Shown here piece after piece: positions 39,586-53,229 of a stretch of 64,000 nucleotides of DNA. The notes below the pieces were generated by a model. The model worked only from the letters and a program-made list of their open reading frames with translations, did no database searches and was not told the DNA's origin. Within the stretch, counting starts at the first letter, position 1. Each line of letters opens with the position of its first letter. The DNA comes from Octopus vulgaris (taxonomy: Eukaryota): contig OX597829.1 of the NCBI GenBank assembly GCA_951406725.2, forward strand, positions 15,128,001 through 15,192,000, in the 5' to 3' direction. The position numbers and the translations under genes were made by a program.

Positions 39586-39827
39586 CATTCTTGTATTTTT
39601 TCTAACAACTCTTGTAGCAACTCACCTATTATGCTTAAGTCTATAAATTCCATTCTCTAAACTGATACCGGTTGTTTGCCTGTTTACTCTTCGTTTCTAC
39701 TCTATATGTTTTTGCTCAATGATAAACCACTTATAGCCACTCATTGCTAGGTACAACACCACTTTGTTTTAATCACCGTTCAAGTTGAAGTTTAAGGTGG
39801 TTAGTCAACTTGAACATTTATCATATA

Positions 39828-40199
39828 CTAGCAGTATCGCCCGGCGTTGCTCGGGTTTGTAAGGGAAATAACTATAAAGCATTTTTAGAGAGTTATAGCC
39901 AAAAAATGGAAACAAAATGATGGTAAATTTTTTTTTAGTTAAAAAGGTCGAGTTGCGTCCCCTAGACAGTCTGTGGTTTGTGTTTCTGATTCTCGACCCC
40001 ATGTCGAATTTATCGATTTTTTTTCAGAACTGAGGGAACTTTTCAAAATTTTCGCTGCGTTAGTTTTGAATTATGACATTGGGCTATGTGTGTGTCAAGT
40101 TTCATCAGAATTGGTTGAAAGCCGTGGTCAGGGTGAGGGTACAGGCAAACAGACACACAGAAACACGCACAGACAAACTGCCGTTTATATAGAGAGAGA
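39828..40199 (-). mobile_element. Non-autonomous Helitron, copy 1
   Basis: Minus strand A|TCTCTCTCTATATAAAC ... hairpin CCCGAGCAACGCCGGG ... CTAG|T. Confidence 0.8.
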
Positions 40200-40207
40200 T
40201 TTCAGGA

Positions 40208-40578
40208 CTAGCAGTATCGCCCGGCGTTGCTCGGGTTTGTAAGGGAAATAACTATAAAGCATTTTTAGAGAGTTATAGCCAAAAAATGGAAACAAAATGA
40301 TGGTAAATTTTTTTTTAGTTAAAAAGGTCGAGTTGCGTCCCCATGACAGTCTGTGGTTTGTGTTTCTGATTCTCGACCCCATGTCGAATTTATCGATTTT
40401 TTTCAGAACTGAGGGAACTTTTCAAAATTTTCGCTGCGTTAGTTTTGAATTATGACATTGGGCTATGTGTGTGTCAAGTTTCATCAGAATCGGTTGAAAG
40501 CCGTGGTCAGGGTGAGGGTACAAGCAAACAGACACACAGAAACACGCACAGACAAACTGCCGTTTATATAGAGAGAGA
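40208..40578 (-). mobile_element. Non-autonomous Helitron, copy 2 (tandem)
   Basis: About 5 differences from copy 1; same termini. Confidence 0.8.
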
Positions 40579-40628
40579 TAAATACTACATGATGTCATTA
40601 GACTCAATTTTCTCTGACTTTACTATAC

Positions 40629-40703
<75 letters not shown>

Positions 40704-40834
40704 AAGAACCAAAATATTTGATGTGTCCTATATTTCAGTATTTAAAATATCAGGCTTTGGTTTCACGGAGTAGTCGTTGATATGTCTTGTGGGTCGTGGG
40801 ACAATGAACAAGGACCTTATTTGTTACATTATTA

Positions 40835-41152
40835 TTGTGGCTTAGTGGTTAGGGAATTCACCCCATGATCGTAAGGTCGTGAGTTCAATTCCCGGCGGCG
40901 CGTTGTGTCCTTGAGCAAGACACTTTATTTTACGTTGCTCCAGTTCACTCAGCTGGCAAAAATGAGTAGCACCTGTATTTCAAAGGGCCAGCCCTGTCAC
41001 ATTCTGTGTCACGCTGAATTTCCCCGAGAACTACGTTAAGGGCACACGTGCCTGTGGAGTGCTCAGCCACTTACACGTTAATTTCACGAGCAAGCTGTTC
41101 CCTTGATCGTATCAGGTGGGACCCTCGTCGTCGCAACCGACGGAGTGCTCCT
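40835..41152 (+). mobile_element. tRNA-derived SINE family D (CORE-like central domain)
   Basis: tggcttagtggtt...gagttcaattcc...ttgtgtccttgagcaagacact...ctcagctggcaaaaatgagt; shared with 47782-48125. Confidence 0.75.
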
Positions 41153-41699
41153 TTTTCATTGTTGCTGGTGACGGTGATGATGACGATGGGAGTGGGGGGT
41201 GTTAGGATAGAAATGATAGTTGTAGCCGTTGGTACTGAATGTGGTGGGGGTAATGGTGGGGTCTGTAATGGCGGTGGAAGTGTTGATGATAATGTTGCTG
41301 GTAGCGGTGGTAGTGTTGTTGTTGTTGGTGATGTTGGTGATGTTGGTGACGGTTCTGGTAGTTATGAAGCTGGTGGTGATGATTATGGGGTGATGGTTGT
41401 TTGTTGAAGATGACAGCCATGATATTGATGTGGTAACCGATGGTACTGGTGGTAGGAAGTGGTGTGTCGATCTTGTTGGTGATGATGGTTATTGGTGTTG
41501 TTCGTGCTATTGTTGATGTTATTGTTGGTGTCGGTGGTAGTTCTATTGTTGTCAATGGAGCGTTCGGCTGCTACTGTTGCTGCTGCTACTGTCTTATGTG
41601 CAACCGATGTAGACAGAACTTGTAGGTGCAGTAAATGAGAATAAAAATTATATAAAATATGAAATCTTGTTTGACAATCACAATATTACAATAACGAAA

Positions 41700-42420
41700 G
41701 AGGAAGATTTCAACTTGTATTACGAAATACAATATTCCTCAAAAGAATAACGGCACTAGTATCTACAGAACAATTAATATATTTAAGAAGCAGAGTACCC
41801 ATAACCTTCGTCTTAGTCCTCTTCGAATAACGTAAATGATTCAGAAAAAGAGTTTGATTGAAAAGGTGATGGCAATACAACGTCGGTCGATCGATGTTCA
41901 AATCCTGAGGGAAGAACTACAGCTAAGGTGAAGAATGAAAGTAAACTGGCATGTCTACATACAAGAATACTCACAGTCACGTATGCCACAATTTCTACAA
42001 CAACTAAAACAAAACTCAGTCTTTTCCGACTCACTGTTGCTTGCTAGAAAAACAAGAAGTTTTTGAAGTGGGAAGGCATGAAAGACTAAATTACTGAATA
42101 AGAAGACAGCGTCCTCTTATAGAGTACATATATCGGCTGCCCTGGTGCCAACCGAGACGGAGTAACACCAGGGTTGTATATAAGATATTAGAAAGCGTGC
42201 CGCATAACACGTCAGCATTTCCGTCCCTATTGCTACCAGCCACTCGAAATTGCAACTTTTACGAGACACCCATGGTGACATAACTCCGAGTAACTTTCTA
42301 TTTTATATCTCTGTGTTAATTCAATTTATAGCTTATTAATGTTTATCTTGTATAATTATGACTCGACTGCGGCTTAATTAAAGCAAGGCTTTGAGTGAAC
42401 CTAGGTAAAAGAACCATAAT
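41700..42420 (+). mobile_element. Possible LTR-retrotransposon remnant (integrase tail plus LTR-like segment)
   Basis: KGDGNTTSVDR weakly resembles Gypsy G..DTVSIDR; TATATAA at 42177-42183; ATTAAA near 42377. Confidence 0.3.
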
Positions 42421-43569
42421 CAATTTCTTGTGTAAGAAATATCCCAGCCTTTCTGCTGAGATTCAAAGAAACATATTTTGCTTTGGCTGAACAAAATTTA
42501 ATCTGAATGTGAAGGAAACTCGATAGAAGAATTAAATACTGACATTTATTTCGTTTTTTATGAGATTCTCTCCGTATCTGTTTGAATGAATAGATTGGAG
42601 GCGGAATTTGGAGGGAAAGGGAGTACATTTAGAGATAAGGACAGTGTTTTAAAGCCTTATAGCATATCCGTCGTATAGAACGTTATTATCAGACAGGGCA
42701 CTGAACTTGATGAGTGAACGTTCATAATTTCATTTGGACCATATTGCTGTATATTTGGACCATATTGCTGTACGATATGTCAATTGCACGTGTTGTAAAA
42801 CCTCGGGGTTCATTTCACCTACTAAACACACTCATGTTAGGACTCTACATAAGTAATACAGTGAGTGAAATAACCTTCGATTTACTAATATTATCCAAGC
42901 AGTTAGTAGACAAAACTAACCTCTTCGGTGTTTACCATCTAAAAACAGTTATCAAGGCAGGTAAATCTGATGAATGTTTTTAACTCTGCATTACATATAT
43001 CAGACTCTATCATATTATTTTATGATTAACTTGATGCAGTCATTAGGATGCGGCCATACTTAGATAACATCTTGAAGGTTTTAGTCGATCAAATCAATCG
43101 AAATACATATTTTAAATCTGGTATTCATTCTATTGTTTGCTTTATGGCAAACCGCTAGAGTATTTAGAAAGCAGAACGCTCGCCCGATATATATTCCCAC
43201 CTGTTTTATCTTTGCTATTTATAGAATATGATTTGCTTATGAGTTCTAACAAGATGGAAAACTATCTTTACTTTCTTTTATCGGATAGTTGTTTCAAAAA
43301 GACCCACAAATATCTGCATCACCTAAATTTCCCAATACTTTCAAGACTCGACATTACTGAAGTTACCTCTAAGTTACAAAATAAATAAATGAATAAATAA
43401 AATAAATATAAAACGCCTGTTGATGGAATTTTCCTTTTCCGAAAGTTTTCCTGTCATTATATCAACCAACCCATATGCTACTCAATTATGCTGAATATGA
43501 ATATGAACAGTAAAATTGAAGGGAAATACTTAAGAGAAGCTTTCTGCATACTAAATATAGGAACCATTT

Positions 43570-44690
43570 GCATACTTATAATATGTGCTGATTTCCGTTA
43601 GAGGCCTTTCCACAAACAATTTCGCCGTATAACATTTGCTTATGGATCAGCCGATCATTCATTCGAACAAGCTTTCCAGTCCAACGTAAATGGCGTCTGT
43701 GCACTGTGAGCTTGGCAGACAGGATTCTCATCAGACAAGTCCCTATGACTGACTGTAGCGTATCCACATGTTTCAGCAGCACATTTAAAGATATGGCCTC
43801 GAAACTCCCACCAAGTTTTAATATCTTCGAAGCTGGATAAATGATTCTGAAGTTCCTTCCTTCCAGTAGGATCATATATCTTACAGACATTCAAGGGCCG
43901 AGGAGTCTTAACCGCCCTCATTTCTTTTGTAAACTAGTTACTACCTGCAACTTTGCTCGCATCAAGCAGTGGTCTGTCTAATACTCTTATCCATAAAAGG
44001 ACTCGACATTACAACCGACATAGATACCACACTTGCAATGATAACATAATCCACCAAGTGCTAAACCTTGGACTTCGAGTGCGTCCATGCGTCACTATTG
44101 TGACCACTTTCGTGCGCAAATTGAATGCTTGTAATGTAAAGACCACATTCATTACAAAGCTCTATGAACATGAGACCATTGTTATTCACCTTCCCTACAC
44201 CGAAACGTCCAACGTAGTTCCTTGTTTCTCAATTTGTACCAAACATGTCATTGAAATCCTCCAGTAGAATGATTTCGACTGCCTTTAAGGATCTTCCTTA
44301 GTACAGCTCTCAGCTGCGCATAGAAAATTGTTTTATCCTCATCAAAACTGGTCAGAGTAAGAGTACAGACACCTATTAGATTAGCGAATTGCCCATCTCT
44401 CAAGTGCAGAGAAACCAAGCAGGCATTTATAGGGAGAAGATGCTCCACCAGCTTCTTGACGATTTCAAATCGAACTGCAAAACCAATGTCAGCCTCTCTG
44501 AGCTACTCCTTCGGTTTTCCCTTCCAGAAAAAAAGTATAGTCACCTCCTACCGCCTTAAGCTGACCATCATCTTCCAAACGCGACTCTGGAAGATCAGCT
44601 ATATCTATGTTATATCAGTTCAGTTCATGTACAGCTGATGCAGTACGTATTTTAGGCATAAATTCACTCTTGTTATCTAAACAAATTGCG
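43570..44690 (-). mobile_element. RTE-clade LINE relic (APE endonuclease and C-terminus, RT deleted)
   Basis: LVSLHL...ANLIGVCTLTLTSFDEDKTIFYAQLRAVL...GGF; RRHLRWTGKLVRMNDRLIHKQMLYGEI. Confidence 0.8.
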
Positions 44691-45004
44691 CTCACGTCAA
44701 CTTGAGATACTAATATTCCATCCAATTTCAGAAAATATTGCCTTTTCTCAGCGCATCCATTAATTGCACTAAATTGACCAGATAGAAAAAGTCCTGATTA
44801 TTTTTAGTTGACCTACAAGCATATAAACATACATATTCAAATCTGAAATTAAGTAGTTCGGTACTCAAGGTTCATGTTTCCATTTCGACGAGAAATGTTT
44901 AAAGACTACCCACTACAGCTTGATAAATATCATTCAACTGAATATGCCGCATTCAACGCTTTGTTTCGAAAAACATGAGGCACTATTTGTTCGTGATATG
45001 TCTA

Positions 45005-45470
<466 letters not shown>

Positions 45471-46946
45471 TTTTGTGTGTACTATGGATGATGTGTTTGT
45501 ACGTGTATGGACCTGTATGTCTTTATTTCTATATGCGTACTTGTGTCAATATGCATATGTGAATAAGAGTTGAAAGTTTGCTTTGCAGTGATGAAATCAA
45601 AACCATTTTACGACTGTTGTAAAAATAAGAACATCAAAAAGTGTTTTTATGAGGAAATTTTCCCAGCTGTTTTTGAACATGTTGTTTGAATTTTAACCAG
45701 ACTCGTGTAGTTGTTGCAAAAACTGCTTCTCTTGTTTCTCTTGTTGTTTTTGATTTTGATGTTGTTTTTGGTTGTTCTTTTCTTTTTTTCTTTTTTTCGT
45801 TAATTCTCTTGGCAATATGTTGGCAGCTGGTGCCATTATGAAATTTATGACAATAAGCAACGAGAAATTCTTCCTTACCTACAAGTAAAATAAAGATGGA
45901 TTTATTTATTTCTCCGTTGAAATGTAACTTAATGTTTGTACAATAATATTAAAAATAAAATACATCATATAAGTGGCTATGAGTATTTCTCCTTCGTTTA
46001 TCGGAGAGGGCATTCATGTGGAAGTACATCATTTACATTTTCATCGTCTTAGAAGATTCTCCGCATGAGGACAACTTTGGTTTGGTTCGGCTATCAAAAT
46101 ACTTTAAGTGTTATTTATCAGAATCGCCATCAATATGTCTGTCAACTGAAACGCCGATAACTATTGATTTTATGAAACGTCTTTCATGATATTCCATTTA
46201 GATTTCGCCAACAAACTGAACAACTAATTCGAGACATATTAGTCTGTCACCTAGATTTGAAACCGGTCATTATCAAGAAGGAATCTTGCTGTATGCTAGT
46301 GACCTAGTAACCAAAGAATTTTATACCAACTCGGTGATCTAGCTTCTTTAAAATGCGATACTAAATCTGCCACCTTTCGTAAATAACCGTAATGTTGAAT
46401 GTGATACCAAAATGTAATGTTATACCAAAATTTAGCTTGGAACTCTTAATAAACCGTATGTGCTAATTTTATTATATCTAAGTCTAAGCTCTAGGAGTGA
46501 AATAAACTAGGTAGTAAATTACCCTTCATTAATGAGGTTCTATTGTTAACATACAGCATTACCACACTGTTTTTAACCTGCAACATAACCACACTGCAAT
46601 GCAATAACACCCACAACTTAAATACGTTCTAACTTAGTAAACATACTACACTGTAAAATATTTCAGAATATTGTTGACGCCACAATTAACTTACAATATA
46701 AATTATGCAGTCTACAGAGAAAGCAAGTGACATTACAGTTAGCCAACATTATAAATTATACCACAATTAATTCACAATATAAATTACACTACAGATTAAC
46801 TGGCAATATAAATGAAACTACAATTAACTCACAGCATAAACTTCATCAATCAAACACTGGTAGCTCAAGATTAGATATGCAACAAAAGACACACCTTCTC
46901 TCTCTCTCTCTCTTAACTCTCTCCCCTTCCATCGCTCCAGGTCAAC

Positions 46947-46973
46947 AGCCAATCACGTATTTTCCGCCATCTT
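46947..46973. promoter_or_regulatory. CCAAT box plus YY1-like motif
   Basis: AGCCAATCA (46947-46955) and CCGCCATCTT (46964-46973); motif match only. Confidence 0.35.
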
Positions 46974-47781
46974 CTTCCCACTCTATTATCCTATATTGTT
47001 CAACTACTCACTTTTTCCCGCATGTCGGTAATCGTTAAATGTAGGCTGTCTTAGCGTCACCAAACAACTACATTTCGATCTTTTACCTCACTTAGTGAAT
47101 GAAAAGCAGACCCCATGATATTTTCAAACCCTCCGAGACAAGAATAATATAAGTTGAAAGATATCTTCAGACCAAGCATTCAGTATGAATGCGCACAACA
47201 GAGAGCTAAAGCTACTCAAACGTAAACAATTGACAGATGAAGTATTGCAATCTTTTCATCAATCAATTTCTTTCCTAATACTCTCATTAGTTCAACATTT
47301 GATGTACGAGACATCAAGCATCTTTCTATAGCATTTTATATGACAGCTCCGTGATCTTCTCGCAGATAACTTTCTTCATTAACACGCATAGATCGCGAAT
47401 GAAATTACAATCGAACTTAAAAGGTTATCATTTGTCCTCATTGTCGCTTTTATTTTCTGAAAGAAAAACGGAACTAAACTATAATTTATATATATGTAAT
47501 TATACCAAAAAAAAAAAAAAAATTATCTGGCTTATACCTGTTTGGCAAGAGACTCTATTTTGAACAGTTCTGAAAATGGAAAATTATGTCATGGAAGTAT
47601 CGTTTTTAGCTATTTAAAACACGTAAAAATTGTTAAATGCACTCTTTCTTTATCTCGGGTGAATGTCAAAATTATCGTTGTCAATTGTGATCTGAATGTG
47701 ACCAAGTCGCAGTGACTGCAGCAAAAGTTCGACACTTCTTGAAGGAAAATCAATAAAAAAATATTAGTGTAAGTTTTGAGG

Positions 47782-48125
47782 AGGTGAAGGCGCATAGCTC
47801 AGTGGTTACAGCGGCGGGTTCACCATCATGAGGTAGTGAGTTCGATTCCCAGACTGGACTGTATGTTGTGTTCTTGAGCAAGACGCTTTATTTGACGTTG
47901 CTCCAGTTCATTCAGCTGAATAAATGAGTTGCGACGTCATAGGTACCAAGCTGTATCGGCCCTTGCCTTTCCCTTGGATAACATCAATGGTGTGGAGAGT
48001 GGAGGCCGGTATGCATGGGCGACTGCTGGTCTTCCATAAACAACCTTCCTCAGATTTGTGCCTTGAAGGGAAACTTTCTAGGTGCAATCCCATGGTCAGT
48101 CATGACTGAATTGAGTCTTTACTCT
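47782..48125 (+). mobile_element. SINE family D variant
   Basis: ggcgcatagctcagtggtt...gagttcgattccc...ttgtgttcttgagcaagacg. Confidence 0.75.
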
Positions 48126-48760
48126 GCTTAGGTTTTTAGCTGGTGAAAATAACTCTTCGACACTTTAATCCTTTTTGTTACCAAACATTCCTAAGATCGC
48201 TCTTGGTTGCACATCAACTTATTGTTTTAAAGCAGTTTAAAACTGAAATTTATCATCAATATTCCATGTTAATTTATGTCAGAGTTATTTTCCTAAATTC
48301 TTCGTTATATTCAAAATTAATCAAATTAAAGATAGTGTATTTTAACAAAAATATTGTAACGGGTTACGTTCCTCACAACACGGAAGACAATTCATTTGAC
48401 CCACAATATAAACTATATTTAACCAAATTATTAATTACTATGATTAGCATGCAATATATATTATGAAACCACTACATGAAATAAATTCTAATTAACACAA
48501 TAATATATTACTCTATAATTAACAGTAAAAAATCTTTTGATGAACTCTAGAACAAAGAGTCCACAGCATAAACTACGACATATATAACTTGCAAAATGTA
48601 TTGCACCAGAGCTAATTCACAAATTTATAACGTCGTCACATGGTACATTGTCCGAGTAACTAGATCGTTGAAAATATTACCAAGTCGTCTCGTTTTCCCG
48701 TACTCTGACCGAGTTCAAGCAGCGCCGAGGCCAGATGTTATCCTTCCGTGGTCGATAAAA

Positions 48761-49016
48761 TACTCTTTACACTTTACTCTTTTACTCTTTTACTTGTTTC
48801 AGTCATTTGACTGCGGTCATGTTGGAGCACCGCCTTTAGTCGAGCAAATCGATCCCGAGACTTATTCTTTGTAAGCCCAGTACTTATTCTATCGGTCTCT
48901 TTTGCCAAACCGCTAAGTGACGGGGACGTAAACACACCAGCATCGGTTGTCAAGCAATGCTAGGGGGACAAACACAGACACGCAAACATATACATACACA
49001 CACACACACACACACG

Positions 49017-49068
<52 letters not shown>

Positions 49069-49238
49069 CATATATACGACGGGCTTCTTTCAGTTTCCGT
49101 CTACTAAATCCACTCACAAGGCTTTGGTCGGCCCGAGGCTATAGTAGAAGACACTTGCCCAAGGTGCCACGCAGTGGGACTGAACCCGGAACCATGTGGT
49201 TGGTAAGCAAGCTACTTACCACACAGCCACTCCTGCGC
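48761..49238 (-). mobile_element. SINE family A
   Basis: Reverse complement of the 1523-1975 element. Confidence 0.9.
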
Positions 49239-50179
49239 TGGTTATTTTATTTTTTAACTCCCTGTCAGCCTGTGTCGAACTGTCTTTTTACCTGCCGCTT
49301 GCTTCTATTTCTTAAAGAAATTGACGGTGGTTAGACTTGGAGATGGATGGGTTCCGTCAGGCCTAAAAATACCCACCAAGACACTTCGTACATATATAAC
49401 GGCTGTTGGTTGAGTTAAGTGTGGCTGATCGTCTTGATGTAGCTCCATTTGGTTATGCATTAACTAGTCTAGTCTGTATACCTGTAGTTACCGTGTATAA
49501 ACTAATGGCAAAAAGAATCAGGTAAATTCAATGCGACTGTTCTTTTTTGCAACCGTTATAAAAGTACATGGCAAATGTCTTACATATTGTGAAGTAACTG
49601 GTTTTTTTTTTTTGTATTTTACTAACTATATCAGGAACAGTGGAAATTGTGTCACAGTTGAAAGTCTGTAGTACGTTCATGACTTGATTCTGTGTGCTGT
49701 GTAGCGTCGGCAACGGGGAAAAAAAACGGGAAGATGTCCGCTTGACTTGTGATCTCCTCTCCCTCTTTCTTTCTCTCTCTCTCCTCTCTTCTCATCTCCT
49801 TTCTTTTCTATAGCGTGAGGGGCCGTTCTTAAAATAACAATTGATGGGCAAGAAGAGAATTTTTCTACGTTGAGATAAAAACTGTTGCTCAAACATCGAT
49901 TGGCTAGTTGGAACCATCCAATCTTTCCAACGGGTTTAGTCCAACGCTAATCGCATGATCAAATCTTGACAATACAGAAACACGCCTATTTAATATAATT
50001 TAAGGGTGAATAGCCGTGTAGACAATATGCTTGCTACATATAATGGCACCTCGACGACTTCATCACGAACTGTAGGTCCAAAGCCAAGATAGTTAGACAG
50101 TAGTTAATCCACAATATAAACTATACAACAATTAACCTTCGCCATAAATATGCTGCAATTAACTCAACATTACATATTC

Positions 50180-50385
50180 TCTAAGCGGCGATCAGGTAGA
50201 ATAATTAACACATTAGGGGAAATACTTAGGAGTATTTCATAAGTCATGTTCTGAGTTGAAATTCCACCGAGGTCGACTTTGCCTTTCCTCCTTTTGGGAT
50301 TGATAGAATTAGGACCAGTTGAGTACTGGAGTCGATGTAATCGACTTATTCCCTGCCCCGAAATTGTGCCAAAATTTGAAATTAA
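50180..50385 (+). mobile_element. Diverged SINE family B
   Basis: ttctgagttgaaattccaccgaggtcgactttgcctttc. Confidence 0.7.
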
Positions 50386-50764
50386 TTAATACATATGCAC
50401 TTTTCTGCCATGAATATGCTAGTGTAACTATAATCTATAAGGAGTGTATTGTAAAATATTGGTGATGGAATTCTAAGTTCTTGTGGCTAACGTTTCTCTC
50501 AGTAACTAAATCTCAGTCCAAACAGAGCAGTCTTCACATTCACCAAACTAGAGCTTTGAACCTTGTTACCTGTTTAAAGTTAAACAGGCTCTCGAGATAA
50601 AAGCTGTCTTTACCCACACTATGTACACGATTTTTTTGGTCTTCATATCGATACGCCTCCAGCTTCATTTATTCCGGTTCTCTGTAATTAGAAAATAGCT
50701 TGTTATGAATTAATCACACGCTTGTGGGATTCAGTGTAGGAATAATTATTGCTGCTGCTGATTG

Positions 50765-51130
50765 TTTGTTTGTCTGTTGAGCGAAGCGTCTTCGTCCTTG
50801 GGAGAAGTCCAAAACGTGGTCCTTTGCTATTCGTAAGACCCGCAGAAGAGAAAGCAGGTCAAACCCCGACACCAAGGGCATCGACGGATGGATGGATACG
50901 CATCCAGGCTCAGCGGTTGCGTAGGAAGTCGGGAACAAGAAACAAGAAGAAAAAGTGAGAGAAAGTTGGGGCGAAACAACAGGGGTCGCCATCAACCCCT
51001 GCCGGAGGCTCGTGGAGCTTTAGGTGTTTTCGCTCAATAAACACACACAGAGCGCCCGGTCTGAGAATCGAAACCGCGATCCTCCAACCGCGAGTCCGCT
51101 GCCCTAACCACTGGGCCATTGTGCCTCCAC
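50765..51130 (-). mobile_element. SINE family C
   Basis: Homologous to 8855-9221. Confidence 0.85.
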
Positions 51131-53229
51131 TTGCAGCTGCTGTTTTTATTGTTTTCACCCAGTGCTTTCCCCATAGAAATGGTCGGTTTATGTATCAGCG
51201 AACAGTTAAAATCATACTCAGTCACAGATGAAAGCTTAACACTGGATTGTGACTAGTCTAGTTTAGTTGATCTCTCTTTTCTTGTCCACAAATATAAAGA
51301 CCAGTTGTCTGCATTTGTCTATACAAAGAGTGGTGGCAAAAATCTATAAATATGTTCTGTAGCACAGTGTTTATATAGTGTATGTAGTGTGGCAACTTAG
51401 ACAGCAGTGTATTAGTGAGTTATTTAGAATATCGTCAATTGCCGGTATTAATTACAGCAAATATACTAATAAACTACGGTGACCACTGAACTAGTTATGC
51501 TACCAAATATTACAAGGATTAATGTTTCAGTTTAGTAGAGAAAACGAGCGATAAGTTTAGTTTAGACTTTGGAAACACAGCTTTACAAGAAAATTCCATT
51601 CTAAGAGGAAATTGTTTTCTTGTTTAATGAACCAACACCGAAGGATACATTGCAGTTGTTTAGTACGTATACACACACGCACACACACACACACATACAC
51701 ATACATACATACATTCATACATACATTTATATATATATATATATATGTACATAATACATACATACATACATGCATACATACATACATACATACATACATA
51801 CATACATACATACATACATACATACATACATACATACATAGACGCATATACACACATGCACATATACATGCTTGCACATACACATACACGCACACACATA
51901 TATATACTACTTCTGCTTATCACTGTGATGATACAAATTTTATTATAATTTGTCATTTATTCAATGATATCAATATCGTTTACTGAAATATATTAATGAA
52001 CAACGAATATTAATGGCGAATAATATATTGCATTTCCGCTAAAATATATATAATTTTTTTTATTCTGCTTTTTCTGCTTTTTAAGCTCTAGTCTGAAAGT
52101 TTGGGTACCTAAAGCGGCGAACCGTGAAGTGAATGAGCATTGCTGACTTCTGGAGTTTTGTCGAACAACTGCAGTCTCACCTGGGAGGAATCCGACAATG
52201 AGCCGAGTCCATCATGAAGACCAACCACCTTTTAAAAGGTGGTGAAGGTAGTATTCCTGTCTAGTGGCTATAACGAAAGAGATTTTGTGACGTACGAGGC
52301 TAAAACTATTGAAGACAAACGTACTCATTTTCGGTCAAGACATTATCAATTATTTTCAAGTTCCACTTGGAAATGGAAAATGAGAAAGGAGAGGTGGGGT
52401 GCTCTCTCCCAATTAATTTGTGAAAAGGTCGCTGACTGGCAAAATTGTTAGGGTGAATGGATCTACTCTAGGTACGAATGTGTAGATTGGAGAACAACAG
52501 TTGTGTGACGGCTCGTGCTTTTTGGTGGTCAGGAATTTGTGAGGTTCTTCAAGTGACCTTAGCTGAAGGTCACTTGAATATATCAGGAGAACCGCAGCAT
52601 ATATGTTTTCACATATTTCATATATCATGTATAAGTTTTTCTCATTTCCCGCGCCCCCACCCTTTCATTCCTTTCAACTTTTATGTACATCCCCACATAA
52701 ACTACCCTCCTCATCTGAGGCCCCTGTGGCAAATACAGCAGTGGTATGTTACGGTCAAATTTTTTTAAGGTTTTCGTATTTCTATCAAAGTTCTCAACGC
52801 TACAGTAATAATGATCAGTGTCATAACCTTTTTAATTCTTATGTTCCCGGATTTGAAGATTCTATACTTCAAGTTGGTATAATACTCTAAGTTTCTTTTT
52901 GTTTCCTTATATCTCTCGTGTCATATACATTACAACTTATAGTGTAATACGTGTATTATGTAGATTATGATATATAGTTCATCTTGTTGACGACAACAAT
53001 TTTCGACTTCGTTGGATCTCCTCAATAGCGTCCACTTACAGCCAACGACATGCTTAGACGATATTTGTGAAAAAAACACATACTCTGTTATTGCGAATGA
53101 TCTAATCCGAGTTTCCAGTTAGCTACTGGGGCAAGTTTATTTATATTTTGTGATTTTTAAACACAAGCCGTCCGATGGGTCCGAACTGTATAACCTTGAC
53201 TGAGTCTTTGATTGATTAGGATGCGCATG

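Noticed and set aside
39828-40578. Direct repeat as a CRISPR array or LTR pair
   Set aside because: Two long units with Helitron termini, no repeat-spacer structure and no TG...CA ends.
49755-49840. Long polypyrimidine tract ending in TAG at 49811-49813
   Set aside because: All three downstream frames stop within 8 codons and the tract is (CT)-type low complexity.
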